Source: Candidatus Methanosuratincola verstraetei (GTDB taxonomy: Archaea; Thermoproteota; Methanomethylicia; Methanomethylicales; Methanomethylicaceae). From it: a stretch of DNA of 64,000 bases. The position numbers and the translations under genes are program-made. The notes beneath the pieces are model-generated. The model was not told where the DNA came from and made no database searches. It saw only the letters and a program-made list of their open reading frames with translations. Each line of letters starts with the position of its first letter. The stretch's first letter is position 1. The stretch spans positions 448,001 through 512,000 of the forward strand of contig CP186953.1 of assembly GCA_049570475.1 (NCBI GenBank), given 5' to 3'. Positions 1-8,725 of this stretch are shown piece after piece.

Positions 1-80
1 ACTGGCCAGAGCTGAGGAAGATAGACCTCCTCAGGGCTATTAGGACCTACCAAAGGAGGCATAGGAGATTCGGCACTTGA
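1..80 (+). CDS. uppS: 3' end of undecaprenyl/polyprenyl diphosphate synthase (cis-prenyltransferase), partial
   Basis: Manual translation from nt 3 gives WPELRKIDLLRAIRTYQRRHRRFGT*, the UppS C-terminal WP..R..D...A...YQ.R.RRFG motif. Confidence 0.85.
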   Translation, partial: WPELRKIDLLRAIRTYQRRHRRFGT

Positions 81-166
81 TGCCAAAAGACCTTGAAATT
101 TGTTCCAAACCAATGCAATAAATTGAACAGAAATAAATTTTCTTCATATGAAAAGTTAAATATGAT

Positions 167-775
167 TTGATGGCGCCCATATTGGTGCGATCGTTGGAAA
201 AGGAAGGAAAAAAGCCTAGACGATCGGTAGGTCTTGGGACGTACCTCGTGACTTTGGTCGCGCTGTTGGCTGTTGTTGGAATAATCGCATATATGCAAAT
301 CAACACCTCAGCCGATCTAGCAGCGCTAAGGCAAGAGTGCCAGGCACAATCACTGATGCTGCAAGCCCTCAACGACAGCTATTTTGATCTTGCGTTCAAG
401 TTCGGCCGGATCAACCAGAGCTATGTTTCGCTCCAGCAAGAAAACCGGAACCTCTCTGACATAGTCGGGCTTCGAAAGGCAGAGGCGGTGCTGACAAGCA
501 ACGTGCTGTACCTCCCGGCTAGCGGCTTTGACGGGATAGAGGTTGTTTTGAATTATGCGGGATACCTGAACGTGAGTATATCGACGACAACCCCGATCTC
601 CATGCTGATCACCAACTACAAGTATGGAATTGTCCTCGACTACCTGGTCAACGGCAACACATTCACATCGGCATCATTCAAGATGCCGATTCTGGGCGGC
701 ACAACATACCTTCAATTCTTCGCAACCCCATCCTCGCCATCAATAGTAACGATAAACGCGACCCTGCACTACTGA
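167..775 (+). CDS. Hypothetical membrane-anchored protein (N-terminal TM, coiled coil, beta-rich C-terminal domain)
   Basis: 202-aa ORF; hydrophobic LVTLVALLAVVGIIAYM segment followed by a heptad-like region; several N-x-S/T sequons. Confidence 0.7.
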   Translation: MMAPILVRSLEKEGKKPRRSVGLGTYLVTLVALLAVVGIIAYMQINTSADLAALRQECQAQSLMLQALNDSYFDLAFKFGRINQSYVSLQQENRNLSDIVGLRKAEAVLTSNVLYLPASGFDGIEVVLNYAGYLNVSISTTTPISMLITNYKYGIVLDYLVNGNTFTSASFKMPILGGTTYLQFFATPSSPSIVTINATLHY

Positions 776-1020
776 TCGGACAAGACGCATGACCTGCGAT
801 CGGACATGGCATTTTACTCAAATTGCGGGAGGGGAACGCTGGCGATTTAAGTAGGGTGGTTTGCGGTGCCAGGAAACGACCGACCTGCCGGGCTCAGAAA
901 GTTTTCGGAAAAGGCCTCCTGGAGATTTGAAGAGTAGCTCCAAAAGTTTTTCTTTAAGTAACCAAAAACAAGAAGAAAGCAAGCTCAAAAATGCTGCCCC
1001 CAGGAAGGCGGACCTTCACG

Positions 1021-1815
1021 ATGCAACCGTCAAAAAAAACGATAGAGCATTATGTGAAGCATTGCATGAACCCCGATGGCGGATATGCGTTCACACGAGG
1101 GGTCGACTCCAATGCCCAGGACACGTATTTCGCGCTGGCAACGATGGAACTGTTAGGGACAGAAATCAGCGAAAAAGAAAAAACCAAAGCTTGGCTGCGG
1201 GCATATCCTGTGAACGACATCCGATCGCTGTATTACGTCGCGCTTTCCCTGTCGATGCTCGATGAAGAACCGCCCGAGTGCATGGAAGGGCTTCTTGCAG
1301 CATTCCGCCTGAACCAGGATTCGCTATATATCGGGCTTTCCGAATTCGAGTCGCTGTTCATGTACACCTGTCTTGCAAAAAGGTTTGGCATTCACACCGA
1401 AGCTGAGGGCATTCAGCAATTCCTCTTAAAATTCCGGAACAAGGACGGGGGGTTTGGAAAGGACGGGAAATCGAACTTGGTCGCGACGTACCATGCCGTT
1501 TCCGCACTCGAAAACCTCGGCTTCGATGTAGATGCGCTTGGCACAACCATAGAATTTGCAAGGGCTTGTGAAAATCCGCAAGGCGGTTTCGGCACGGTTC
1601 CTAATGCGCACATATCTTATTTAGAGAGCACCTACGCAGGCATTGAGCTCCTGTGGATATTTGGATTGAAGCCCAGGCACCCCCGAGAGTGCATCATGAA
1701 AATCGCCGAAGCATTTCGCTTCAACGGCGGTTTCGCGAGGACTGGGATCGGTATCCCTACACTAGAGAACACTTTCTATGCAGTGTCATGCTTAACAAAG
1801 CTGAACTATTTCTGA
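1021..1815 (+). CDS. Prenyltransferase/squalene-oxidase repeat protein (protein prenyltransferase beta-subunit-like alpha/alpha barrel)
   Basis: Repeated NPDGGY, NKDGGFG, NPQGGFG, NGGF motifs, each followed by TY.A...L helices; start may be 991. Confidence 0.8.
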   Translation: MQPSKKTIEHYVKHCMNPDGGYAFTRGVDSNAQDTYFALATMELLGTEISEKEKTKAWLRAYPVNDIRSLYYVALSLSMLDEEPPECMEGLLAAFRLNQDSLYIGLSEFESLFMYTCLAKRFGIHTEAEGIQQFLLKFRNKDGGFGKDGKSNLVATYHAVSALENLGFDVDALGTTIEFARACENPQGGFGTVPNAHISYLESTYAGIELLWIFGLKPRHPRECIMKIAEAFRFNGGFARTGIGIPTLENTFYAVSCLTKLNYF

Positions 1816-2214
1816 ATGCCGCAGATCTAGTTTGAAAGTAGCGCCAATACTACTCCATCCAAGGAATAGCTTGCCATTGATTTTTGTCTCTTCCCCATGC
1901 GCATAGGATGTAGCAAGCCCCTAGTCAATGCCAATACAGCTACAACTGCACCTGTGGCAATGGCGTATTTCAGCAAACGCTTTCTTCACGATGAAGAAGA
2001 GGTGCAGCGCCTTATCGCCTCAACATTAGCTTGGCACCCCTCAGATGGCACCCGGAAAGGCGCGGGATGGGGTTGCCCCAGCTGCGGGTCTAGGAGTGAG
2101 ACCAAACCAACAATGTGCCAAAGTCCTACCGTAAGCAGACCCATTCTCTTTCCCATAGTCTTTAATTCTGACAGAAGCATATTGTAAGCAGGAAGGGGTC
2201 AATCGAAAGATCTC

Positions 2215-3339
2215 TTGGTGTCAACGTTGGGACGATGCCATATTTGCGGCGGGCACTCACCCACAATTTCTAGCACACTTGGGGTCTGCTTGCGATGCAT
2301 TCGGGGTAAGCCGGAGGAGGCCCTGAAGATCACTGACGCTGCTCATTCGAAGAGCCGGAGGGCTTTTGGGCTTCCGGCGAAGCCGCCAAAGGATCCTCGC
2401 GGGATTCTTTGTGGCGCTTGCTCCAACAAATGCAAAATAGGGATCGGCGGGAGAGGATTCTGCGGGCTTATCCCCAATACAGGGGGGCGGCTTGTACGGA
2501 CGGGAGGGACAGCCGATAAGGGAATACTGAGATGGTATTACGATCCACTGCCAACAAACTGCGTTGCATGGTGGTTCTGTCCGGGATGCACAGGGGCAGG
2601 TTACCCAAAATACGCGCATAATCGCAACGCAGAAACGGGATATGCGAACCTAGCCGTGTTTTATGGGGCATGCAGCTTTGACTGTCTGTTCTGCCAGAAC
2701 TGGCACTACCGCGACCTGACTGCTTCGCTCAACCCATCTATGAGCGCGGAGAGCCTGGCTGCCAAGGCAGACGGCCATGTGGCTTGCGTATGCTTTTTCG
2801 GGGGAGACCCATCGGTGCAGATGCCTCATGCCCTTAGAGTGAGCGAAATTGCCCTAGATAAGGCTAGGGAAGAGGGGCGCATACTCAGGGTTTGTTGGGA
2901 GACCAACGGGTACTGGGCGACGGAGGCTGCAATGAAGGCGGCTGAGTTCTCACTCGCCAGCGGAGGCAACATCAAGATTGACCTGAAAACGTGGGACGAA
3001 AACTTGAGCATGGCCCTCTGTGGCGTATCCAATAAGCCAACCCTAGAGAGTTTCAGGATGATTGCAGAAGAATACTTTGGGAAGCGCCCTGAATTGCCGG
3101 TATTGAGTGCAAGCACGCTGCTTGTTCCAGGATACGTAGATGTCGAGGAAGTCTCCAGCCTGGCAGGCTTCATAGCGGAAATAGACTCGCGCATACCATA
3201 TACCCTACTGGCATTCCATCCACACCACTTACTCTCGGATCTGCCAACCACTAGCCGAAAAGTAGCCTACCAATGCTACATTGCCGCCAAAAAACATCTA
3301 GATAAAGTTAGGATTGGGAATGTACACTTGCTTTCTTAG
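2215..3339 (+). CDS. Radical SAM protein (PflA/AmmeMemoRadiSam-like, Cys-rich N-terminus)
   Basis: CSFDCLFC CxxxCxxC motif, GGDP and WETNG motifs, extra N-terminal Cys clusters. Confidence 0.85.
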   Translation: MVSTLGRCHICGGHSPTISSTLGVCLRCIRGKPEEALKITDAAHSKSRRAFGLPAKPPKDPRGILCGACSNKCKIGIGGRGFCGLIPNTGGRLVRTGGTADKGILRWYYDPLPTNCVAWWFCPGCTGAGYPKYAHNRNAETGYANLAVFYGACSFDCLFCQNWHYRDLTASLNPSMSAESLAAKADGHVACVCFFGGDPSVQMPHALRVSEIALDKAREEGRILRVCWETNGYWATEAAMKAAEFSLASGGNIKIDLKTWDENLSMALCGVSNKPTLESFRMIAEEYFGKRPELPVLSASTLLVPGYVDVEEVSSLAGFIAEIDSRIPYTLLAFHPHHLLSDLPTTSRKVAYQCYIAAKKHLDKVRIGNVHLLS

Positions 3340-3375
3340 AGCGCCGCCTTGGCAATAGAATTTTATGGAAAACTA

Positions 3376-3452
3376 TGGTGCCCGAGGCCGGATTTGAACC
3401 AGCGACACTCCGGTCTTCAGCCGGATGCTCTCCCAGGCTGAGCTACTCGGGC
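3376..3452 (-). tRNA. tRNA-Phe(GAA), CCA encoded
   Basis: Reverse complement GCCCGAG...CT GAA GA...GGTTCAAATCC...CTCGGGC ACCA folds into a cloverleaf. Confidence 0.97.
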
Positions 3453-3532
3453 AACGCTCGTCTATTGACTCCTGGGTTTAATAAGTTTTTTTGATGGGCA
3501 TATTTTTATTTTCTCCTGCAGCGAATATCAAT

Positions 3533-3598
3533 GGGGCAATGATCGCTCAGAGTTAATTTGACCGCGAGGGATGAAATGAAGGCGTTTGCGATAGCCCC
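3533..3598 (+). ncRNA. Candidate small K-turn / box C/D-like RNA
   Basis: Terminal stem GGGGC/GCCCC closing AAT-GA-TCGC...GCGA-TA; internal TTGA-CC(GCGA)GG-GATGA motif; AT-rich TATA-like box at 3501-3510. Confidence 0.4.
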
Positions 3599-3670
3599 CT
3601 TAGGTCATTTTTGCCGCATTTTCTGGCTCCGAAAAGTTAAATATCCCCTATGCAAAATGTTCACAAAGTT

Positions 3671-3767
3671 GCGGCCGTAGTCTAGCCTGGTCTAGGACGT
3701 TAGCCTGCCAAAGGCTAATGCCTGTAGAACGCTAAGGACCCGGGTTCAAATCCCGGCGGCCGCACCA
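3671..3767 (+). tRNA. tRNA-Gly(GCC) with a 19-nt canonical 37/38 intron (3711-3729), CCA encoded
   Basis: Cloverleaf after removing AAGGCTAATGCCTGTAGAA; full bulge-helix-bulge (CTGC/GTAG central helix, AGGC/GCCT intron helix). Confidence 0.95.
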
Positions 3768-3772
3768 CGTTT

Positions 3773-5035
3773 TTACCGATTAGCCGCCGAAGCTTTCCCG
3801 GCAACGGAAGCGTATATGTCAGAAATCTTCCTGGATGCCATTTCCATCGTGAAGCTCTCGAGCACCCTGGCGCGCGCGTTCTTCCCGTACCGCTCGATCT
3901 TCTCCGGGTCTCCGAGGAGGTTGTTCACGCCCCATGCGATGTCCATTGGATCGTACGGGTTGATGTGGTAGCCGCACTGGCGATCGCCGTAGTTCACAAC
4001 GATCTCCCTCATGCCGCTCACACCCCTCGCCCCGACGACGACGGGCTTCTCCATTGCCATCGCCTCAAGCGCCACGATCCCAAAGGGCTCGTAGATGCTC
4101 GGGAAGACTGCGATGTCCGATGCGGCATAGACGCGCACCCTTTCGTCCTCTGGGAGCATCCTGAAGTCAAATGCGACCCTGTCCTTGATCCCCAGATTCT
4201 CGGACAGGCGGAGCAGCTCCTCCTCGAGGTCGCCCTTGCCGACGACGACAAGCCTAGTGTTTGGGAACCTCTGGAGTATGTGGGGCATTGCCATGACGAG
4301 CCTGTCAACCCCTTTCACAGCGGTCAGGCGCCCCAAGAAGAGCAGCATCCGTTCGCCATCGGATACGCCGTACCGCGATCGGATCGCCTGCCGCTCCTCC
4401 ATTTTAACCCTTTCCGGCGAGTATTTCGAGGTGTCGACCCCGTTCCAGACGACATCTATCTTTCCGGATGGGAAGCCGCAGGTGATCAGCTCTTCACGCA
4501 TGGCGTTGGAAACGGTCACGATCCTGTCCGCGAAGTTGGCTGCCTTCTTCTCGAGGTCGTATATTATCGATGAGCCCCTGCCCAGGCTCCGACCACGCTC
4601 GGTCGAGTGGATGTGGAAGACCATCGGGATCCCAGTCGCCTTCTTAAGCGCTATCCCGGCCATGGCGGAGAGCCAGTCGTGCACCGAGAGGAGGTCGAAG
4701 GATCTCCCTTCTTTGGGGATGAGGTCGTTCGCTATCTTGGTGCTGACCAGCAAGTTGTACACCAGAACCTTCGAGAAGAACTTCGCTGCGGTCCCAGAAC
4801 GCCTCATCTCTTCGGACTCGAATTCGGGGAGCGTATCGGAGAAGTCAATCAGCTTTGGACGGTGGACCTCGACCCCCTCGATGACTTCCCTAGTCTTCAG
4901 CGTGCCGTCGTTCATCGTGAAGGCGGTCACCTCGTGCCCCAAGCGCCTGAGCCCGATAGAGAGCTCGTAGGTGAAGGTCCCCAGCCCCCCCACGACCATC
5001 GGCGGGAACTCCCAGGTAAAGAGCGCTATCTTCAA
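3773..5035 (-). CDS. GT4 glycosyltransferase, archaeal glycogen synthase-like
   Basis: WEFPPMVVGGLG N-terminal loop, HDW, EPFGIVALEA (E-x7-E); lies in an alpha-glucan cluster. Confidence 0.85.
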   Translation of the reverse strand: MKIALFTWEFPPMVVGGLGTFTYELSIGLRRLGHEVTAFTMNDGTLKTREVIEGVEVHRPKLIDFSDTLPEFESEEMRRSGTAAKFFSKVLVYNLLVSTKIANDLIPKEGRSFDLLSVHDWLSAMAGIALKKATGIPMVFHIHSTERGRSLGRGSSIIYDLEKKAANFADRIVTVSNAMREELITCGFPSGKIDVVWNGVDTSKYSPERVKMEERQAIRSRYGVSDGERMLLFLGRLTAVKGVDRLVMAMPHILQRFPNTRLVVVGKGDLEEELLRLSENLGIKDRVAFDFRMLPEDERVRVYAASDIAVFPSIYEPFGIVALEAMAMEKPVVVGARGVSGMREIVVNYGDRQCGYHINPYDPMDIAWGVNNLLGDPEKIERYGKNARARVLESFTMEMASRKISDIYASVAGKASAANR

Positions 5036-5125
5036 GAAAAGACACCGCAGGGTAAAGGATCTTTAATTTTCTATAATAAGGATTCGGTGGGATCGGTCAG
5101 ATGCTAGCAAATGGCCCGGGTTGGA

Positions 5126-5542
5126 TCAGCCCCTTGCGATCTCATAGCTCCAAGTGACCTCGGCGATCTTGCTCAGCATGGCGGCTATTGGGCAGACCTT
5201 CGTCATCGTGAGGCTGACTACCCGGTCCACCACGTTGTCGTCAAGATCCCCCTTCAGGACGAAGCGGAGGGCAATCTTCTTGAAGAACTTCGGGTATTCT
5301 TCCCTGCGCTCACCGTCTATGACCACCTCGTAGGACTCGAGCTGCTGCTTCCTGGCCTCGAGCATCGTAACAATGTCGATGCCGGCGCAGCCGCCCAGAG
5401 CGATCAGGAAGAGGTCCATTGGCGTTGTCCCTTCCCCCATACCGCCGTAGTTCTTGTGCGCCTCCATGATGGTCATATGGCCCTGGCTGTCTATTCCCTC
5501 GAACTTCAAACCCCCAGTCCATCTCACTGTCGCATGTGGCAA
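5126..5542 (-). CDS. OsmC/YhfA family protein
   Basis: G.TPMDLFLIALGGC and the second Cys in KVCPI. Confidence 0.9.
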   Translation of the reverse strand: MPHATVRWTGGLKFEGIDSQGHMTIMEAHKNYGGMGEGTTPMDLFLIALGGCAGIDIVTMLEARKQQLESYEVVIDGERREEYPKFFKKIALRFVLKGDLDDNVVDRVVSLTMTKVCPIAAMLSKIAEVTWSYEIARG

Positions 5543-5622
5543 CTGCGCTCACTGTAGAGAAGCAGGGAAGAAGTATGCTTTTATCTTTTGTTGAAAGGGC
5601 AAAAAGTACGCCCATAAAATGA

Positions 5623-5699
5623 ACTGGGCAGGCATCATGCACTCAAGATCCAAATCATTCCGAGAAGTCATCGGGACAATTCATCATAGCCCGCCCAAT
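5623..5699 (-). ncRNA. Candidate box C/D guide sRNA
   Basis: 11-bp terminal stem ATTGGGCGGGC/GCCTGCCCAGT, perfect C box ATGATGA, degenerate D box (C)ATGA, internal ATGA/ATGATT boxes, TATA-like CTTTTTAT 20-27 nt upstream. Confidence 0.6.
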
Positions 5700-5733
5700 A
5701 ATCTGATCGCGGATCAGGATAAAAAGCTGATCT

Positions 5734-6156
5734 TTATGGCTGGCGGATGTTCCTTCTGGTGCCTGGGAGCATCCCGTTCCTCTTCAGCCGCCTGAGGGCG
5801 GAGCTGACGCTGCTCGGCTTCGCGTTCAGGATCTTTGCTATCTCGTTCACCGTCATCTCGCCGTTCTTCGAGATCAGGTCGTAGACCTTGTCGTCGAGCG
5901 ACTCGCATGCAGGGAGCGAGACTATGTTGATATGGGAGATGGAAGCCCCCATTATCACAGCCGCAGGCGAGACCTTCCCAGAGAGGTCTGTGCAGTCCTC
6001 CAGGAATATGTTGAGCAGATCCTCGTCCACTTGCACAAGCCTCCCCGTGATGACCTGCTCATCCATGAGGTGGACCTCAACGATGCTGTTTATGTATCCC
6101 TTTAGGCGATCCACAACGGTGACCTTGTCCTTCGTCTGCAGTCTCTGATCCCCCAA
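5734..6156 (-). CDS. Sm/LSm domain fused to a C-terminal winged helix-turn-helix
   Basis: Sm1-like VEVHLMDEQVITGRLVQVDEDLLNIFLEDC and Sm2-like VIMGASISHI, then HTH MTVNEIAKILNAKPSSVSSALRRLKRNG. Confidence 0.75.
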   Translation of the reverse strand: MGDQRLQTKDKVTVVDRLKGYINSIVEVHLMDEQVITGRLVQVDEDLLNIFLEDCTDLSGKVSPAAVIMGASISHINIVSLPACESLDDKVYDLISKNGEMTVNEIAKILNAKPSSVSSALRRLKRNGMLPGTRRNIRQP

Positions 6157-6180
6157 CCGGGTAATTAGTGAACAGGTAGG

Positions 6181-6245
6181 TTAAAAAAGTAGCGATCATG
6201 CGCCCGGATCGGGCTGCGAGGGACCCGCCTCGGGTATTTTTATAT
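6181..6245. promoter_or_regulatory. Divergent promoter pair flanking two tandem CCCG-N3-CGGG palindromes (6202-6214, 6223-6235)
   Basis: Minus-strand TATA-like CTTTTTTAA (6181-6189), plus-strand TTTTTATAT (6237-6245); GCCCGGATCGGGC and ACCCGCCTCGGGT centred 21 bp apart. Confidence 0.5.
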
Positions 6246-6286
6246 CCAAAACTGGAAAAAGGTGATCCAGGAGAACGTGTTACCAT

Positions 6287-8707
6287 TTGGAGAGGTTTGT
6301 CTGCATCCACGGGCACTTCTACCAGCCGCCGCGGGAGAACCCATGGCTCGAAGAGGTCGAGGCACAAGAGTCGGCCCACCCATACCACGATTGGAACCAA
6401 AGGGTGACCGCAGAGTGCTACGCCCCGAACACAGCCTCCAGGATCATTGGTCCCGACCGCAGGATAGTCGACATAGTGAACAACTACTCGATGATCAGCT
6501 TCAACTTCGGTCCGACTTTGCTCTCATGGATGGAAAGGAACGCCCGAGAGACGTATGAGGCGATACTGGAAGCGGACATGAGGAGCAAGAAGGAGTTCTC
6601 CGGGCACGGATCTGCGATCGCGCAGGCGTACAGCCACATGATAATGCCGCTCGCGAGCCAGAGGGACAGGCTCACACAGGTCAGGTGGGGTGTGGCGGAC
6701 TTCAAGGCGAGGTTCAGGAGGGACCCGGAGGGGATGTGGCTCCCCGAGACCGCGGTGGACACGCCGACCCTCGAGGCCCTCGCTCATGAGGGGATCAAGT
6801 TCACGATCCTAGCGCCCCACCAGGCGAAGAGGGTGAGGAGATCAGGCGAAGGCGAATGGAAGGAGGTGCGCAACGGAACCCTCTGCACCAACCGCCCCTA
6901 TTTGTGCAGGCTCCCCTCTGGGAAGACGATCAGCATCTTCTTCTACAACGAGGCGATTTCGAAGGAGGTGGCATTCGGCGGGCTCCTGAACGACGGCGAG
7001 GCATTCGCAAAGAGGATAATTTCAGGGTTCACAGAGGATCACGGGAGCCAGATCTTGAGCATCGCGACTGACGGGGAGACCTATGGGCACCACCACAAAT
7101 TCGGGGAGATGGCCCTCTCATACTGCCTGCATTACATCAAGGCAAACAACCTTGCAAGGTTGACCAACTTTGGGGAGTTCCTCGAGAAGAGCCCGCCCCA
7201 GGACGAGGTCGAGATCGCGGAGAGGACCTCGTGGAGCTGCGAGCATGGCGTCGAGCGGTGGATGGATGAATGCGGCTGCAAGACAGGGGTTTGCCCGCTG
7301 CAGAAGTGGAGGAGGCCCCTCAGGGAGGCGATGGACTGGCTGAGGGACAATGCTGCCGAGGCTTACGAAAGCGAGATGAGAAAGTACTCGGAGAGACCGT
7401 GGGATGAAAGGGACAAATACATAGCCGTTGTCTTGGACCGATCGCCGGAGAATGTCGACCTCTTCTTCAAGAGGAATTTCAAGCCGGATCTCAGCAAGCA
7501 GGACAGGTCAAAAATCCTGAAATTGCTCGAGATGCAGCGGCACTCAATGCTAATGCAGACCAGCTGCGGCTGGTTCTTCGACGACATTTCGAGGATAGAG
7601 ACTGTCCAGATCATGAGGCATGCTGCCAGGGTCATCCAGCTCCTGAGGGAAGTCACCGGGAGGGACCTCGAGGAGGAGTACCTGGAGAGGCTCCGGGCGG
7701 CGAAGAGCAACTACAGCACACTCGGGGACGGGGCCAAGATTTACGAGGCATTCGTCATGCCGTCCAAAGTCAACCTGCCGCGGGTCGGGATACACCACGC
7801 GATATCGTCGATATTCAATGGTGAGAAAGGCGGCCCGCACAGGGTTTACTGCTACATCGTCGAGGACAAGGCATACGAGCGGCAGAGGGCGGGTAAGAAT
7901 GTACTGGTCACAGGGAACTCAAGGGTGACTTCAGCAATCACCCTGGAGGAGGACGAGATCTGGTACGCAGCCCTGTGGCTCGGGGACCACAACATATTCG
8001 GCGGAGTCAGGAGGCAGATGGGAGGCGAGGAATTCTCTGAGGCGCAGAGGGCGCTGCACGCCAGGTTCCAGGCAGGGGACGTCCAGAGGGCGATAAGCAT
8101 GATCGATCTCAATTTCGGGAAAGAGGGGTGCTCCTGCTCGCTATCGGACTTGTTCAAGGACAGGCAGATTGAGGTGCTCGAGAGGATCCTGGAAACATCG
8201 GTCGGGAGGGCCAGGTCGCAATTCCAGCAGGTCTACGAAGACAACCTCGCTGTCATGACCTACATGAAAGGGCTCTCGCTCAAGGTGCCGATAGCGCTGA
8301 GGGCTGCAGCTGAAGTCGTTTTGACCTACAACATGGTCGAGGCCCTCAGGGGGGAATCCGATCCAGGCGTTTTCGAGAGGCTAGCCGAGGAAGCAATGGG
8401 CCTGCAGATCGAACTCGACAAAGGGCTGATCGGGCTTGAGGCGAAGGGGCGAATCGAGCTCGAGCTGGGTCGGCTGGCGGAGAACCCAGAGGACTTGGGC
8501 AGGATGGAAAGGCTGGAGCGGCTCCTCAGGTCTGTGGAAAGGTTGCAGCTCGGGATCAATTACTGGCTTGCGCAGAACATGCTGTTCCAGATTATATCAA
8601 GATGGCAGGGGTACATGAAGGCAAGGGAGACCTCTGGCGATCCCAGCGCAGCCAGGTGGATTGAAAAGATCAGGTCTCTCGCAGAGCGTTTGGGGATAAA
8701 GGCTTGA
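6287..8707 (+). CDS. GH57 glycoside hydrolase with DUF3536 domain
   Basis: HGHFYQPPRENPW, WLPETAVD (nucleophile E), ATDGETYGHH (acid/base D), SWSC.HGVERW, SCGWFFDD. Confidence 0.92.
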   Translation: MERFVCIHGHFYQPPRENPWLEEVEAQESAHPYHDWNQRVTAECYAPNTASRIIGPDRRIVDIVNNYSMISFNFGPTLLSWMERNARETYEAILEADMRSKKEFSGHGSAIAQAYSHMIMPLASQRDRLTQVRWGVADFKARFRRDPEGMWLPETAVDTPTLEALAHEGIKFTILAPHQAKRVRRSGEGEWKEVRNGTLCTNRPYLCRLPSGKTISIFFYNEAISKEVAFGGLLNDGEAFAKRIISGFTEDHGSQILSIATDGETYGHHHKFGEMALSYCLHYIKANNLARLTNFGEFLEKSPPQDEVEIAERTSWSCEHGVERWMDECGCKTGVCPLQKWRRPLREAMDWLRDNAAEAYESEMRKYSERPWDERDKYIAVVLDRSPENVDLFFKRNFKPDLSKQDRSKILKLLEMQRHSMLMQTSCGWFFDDISRIETVQIMRHAARVIQLLREVTGRDLEEEYLERLRAAKSNYSTLGDGAKIYEAFVMPSKVNLPRVGIHHAISSIFNGEKGGPHRVYCYIVEDKAYERQRAGKNVLVTGNSRVTSAITLEEDEIWYAALWLGDHNIFGGVRRQMGGEEFSEAQRALHARFQAGDVQRAISMIDLNFGKEGCSCSLSDLFKDRQIEVLERILETSVGRARSQFQQVYEDNLAVMTYMKGLSLKVPIALRAAAEVVLTYNMVEALRGESDPGVFERLAEEAMGLQIELDKGLIGLEAKGRIELELGRLAENPEDLGRMERLERLLRSVERLQLGINYWLAQNMLFQIISRWQGYMKARETSGDPSAARWIEKIRSLAERLGIKA

Positions 8708-8725
8708 TGGGCGGGGGCGGCGCGG

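Noticed and set aside
1816-2214. Short ORFs in the 400-nt gap before the radical SAM gene
   Set aside because: No motif support in any frame; possibly a decayed gene, but not supportable
81-3375. Integrated element at the tRNA-Phe 3' end
   Set aside because: Genes look accessory, but no duplicated tRNA 3' end or recombinase was found
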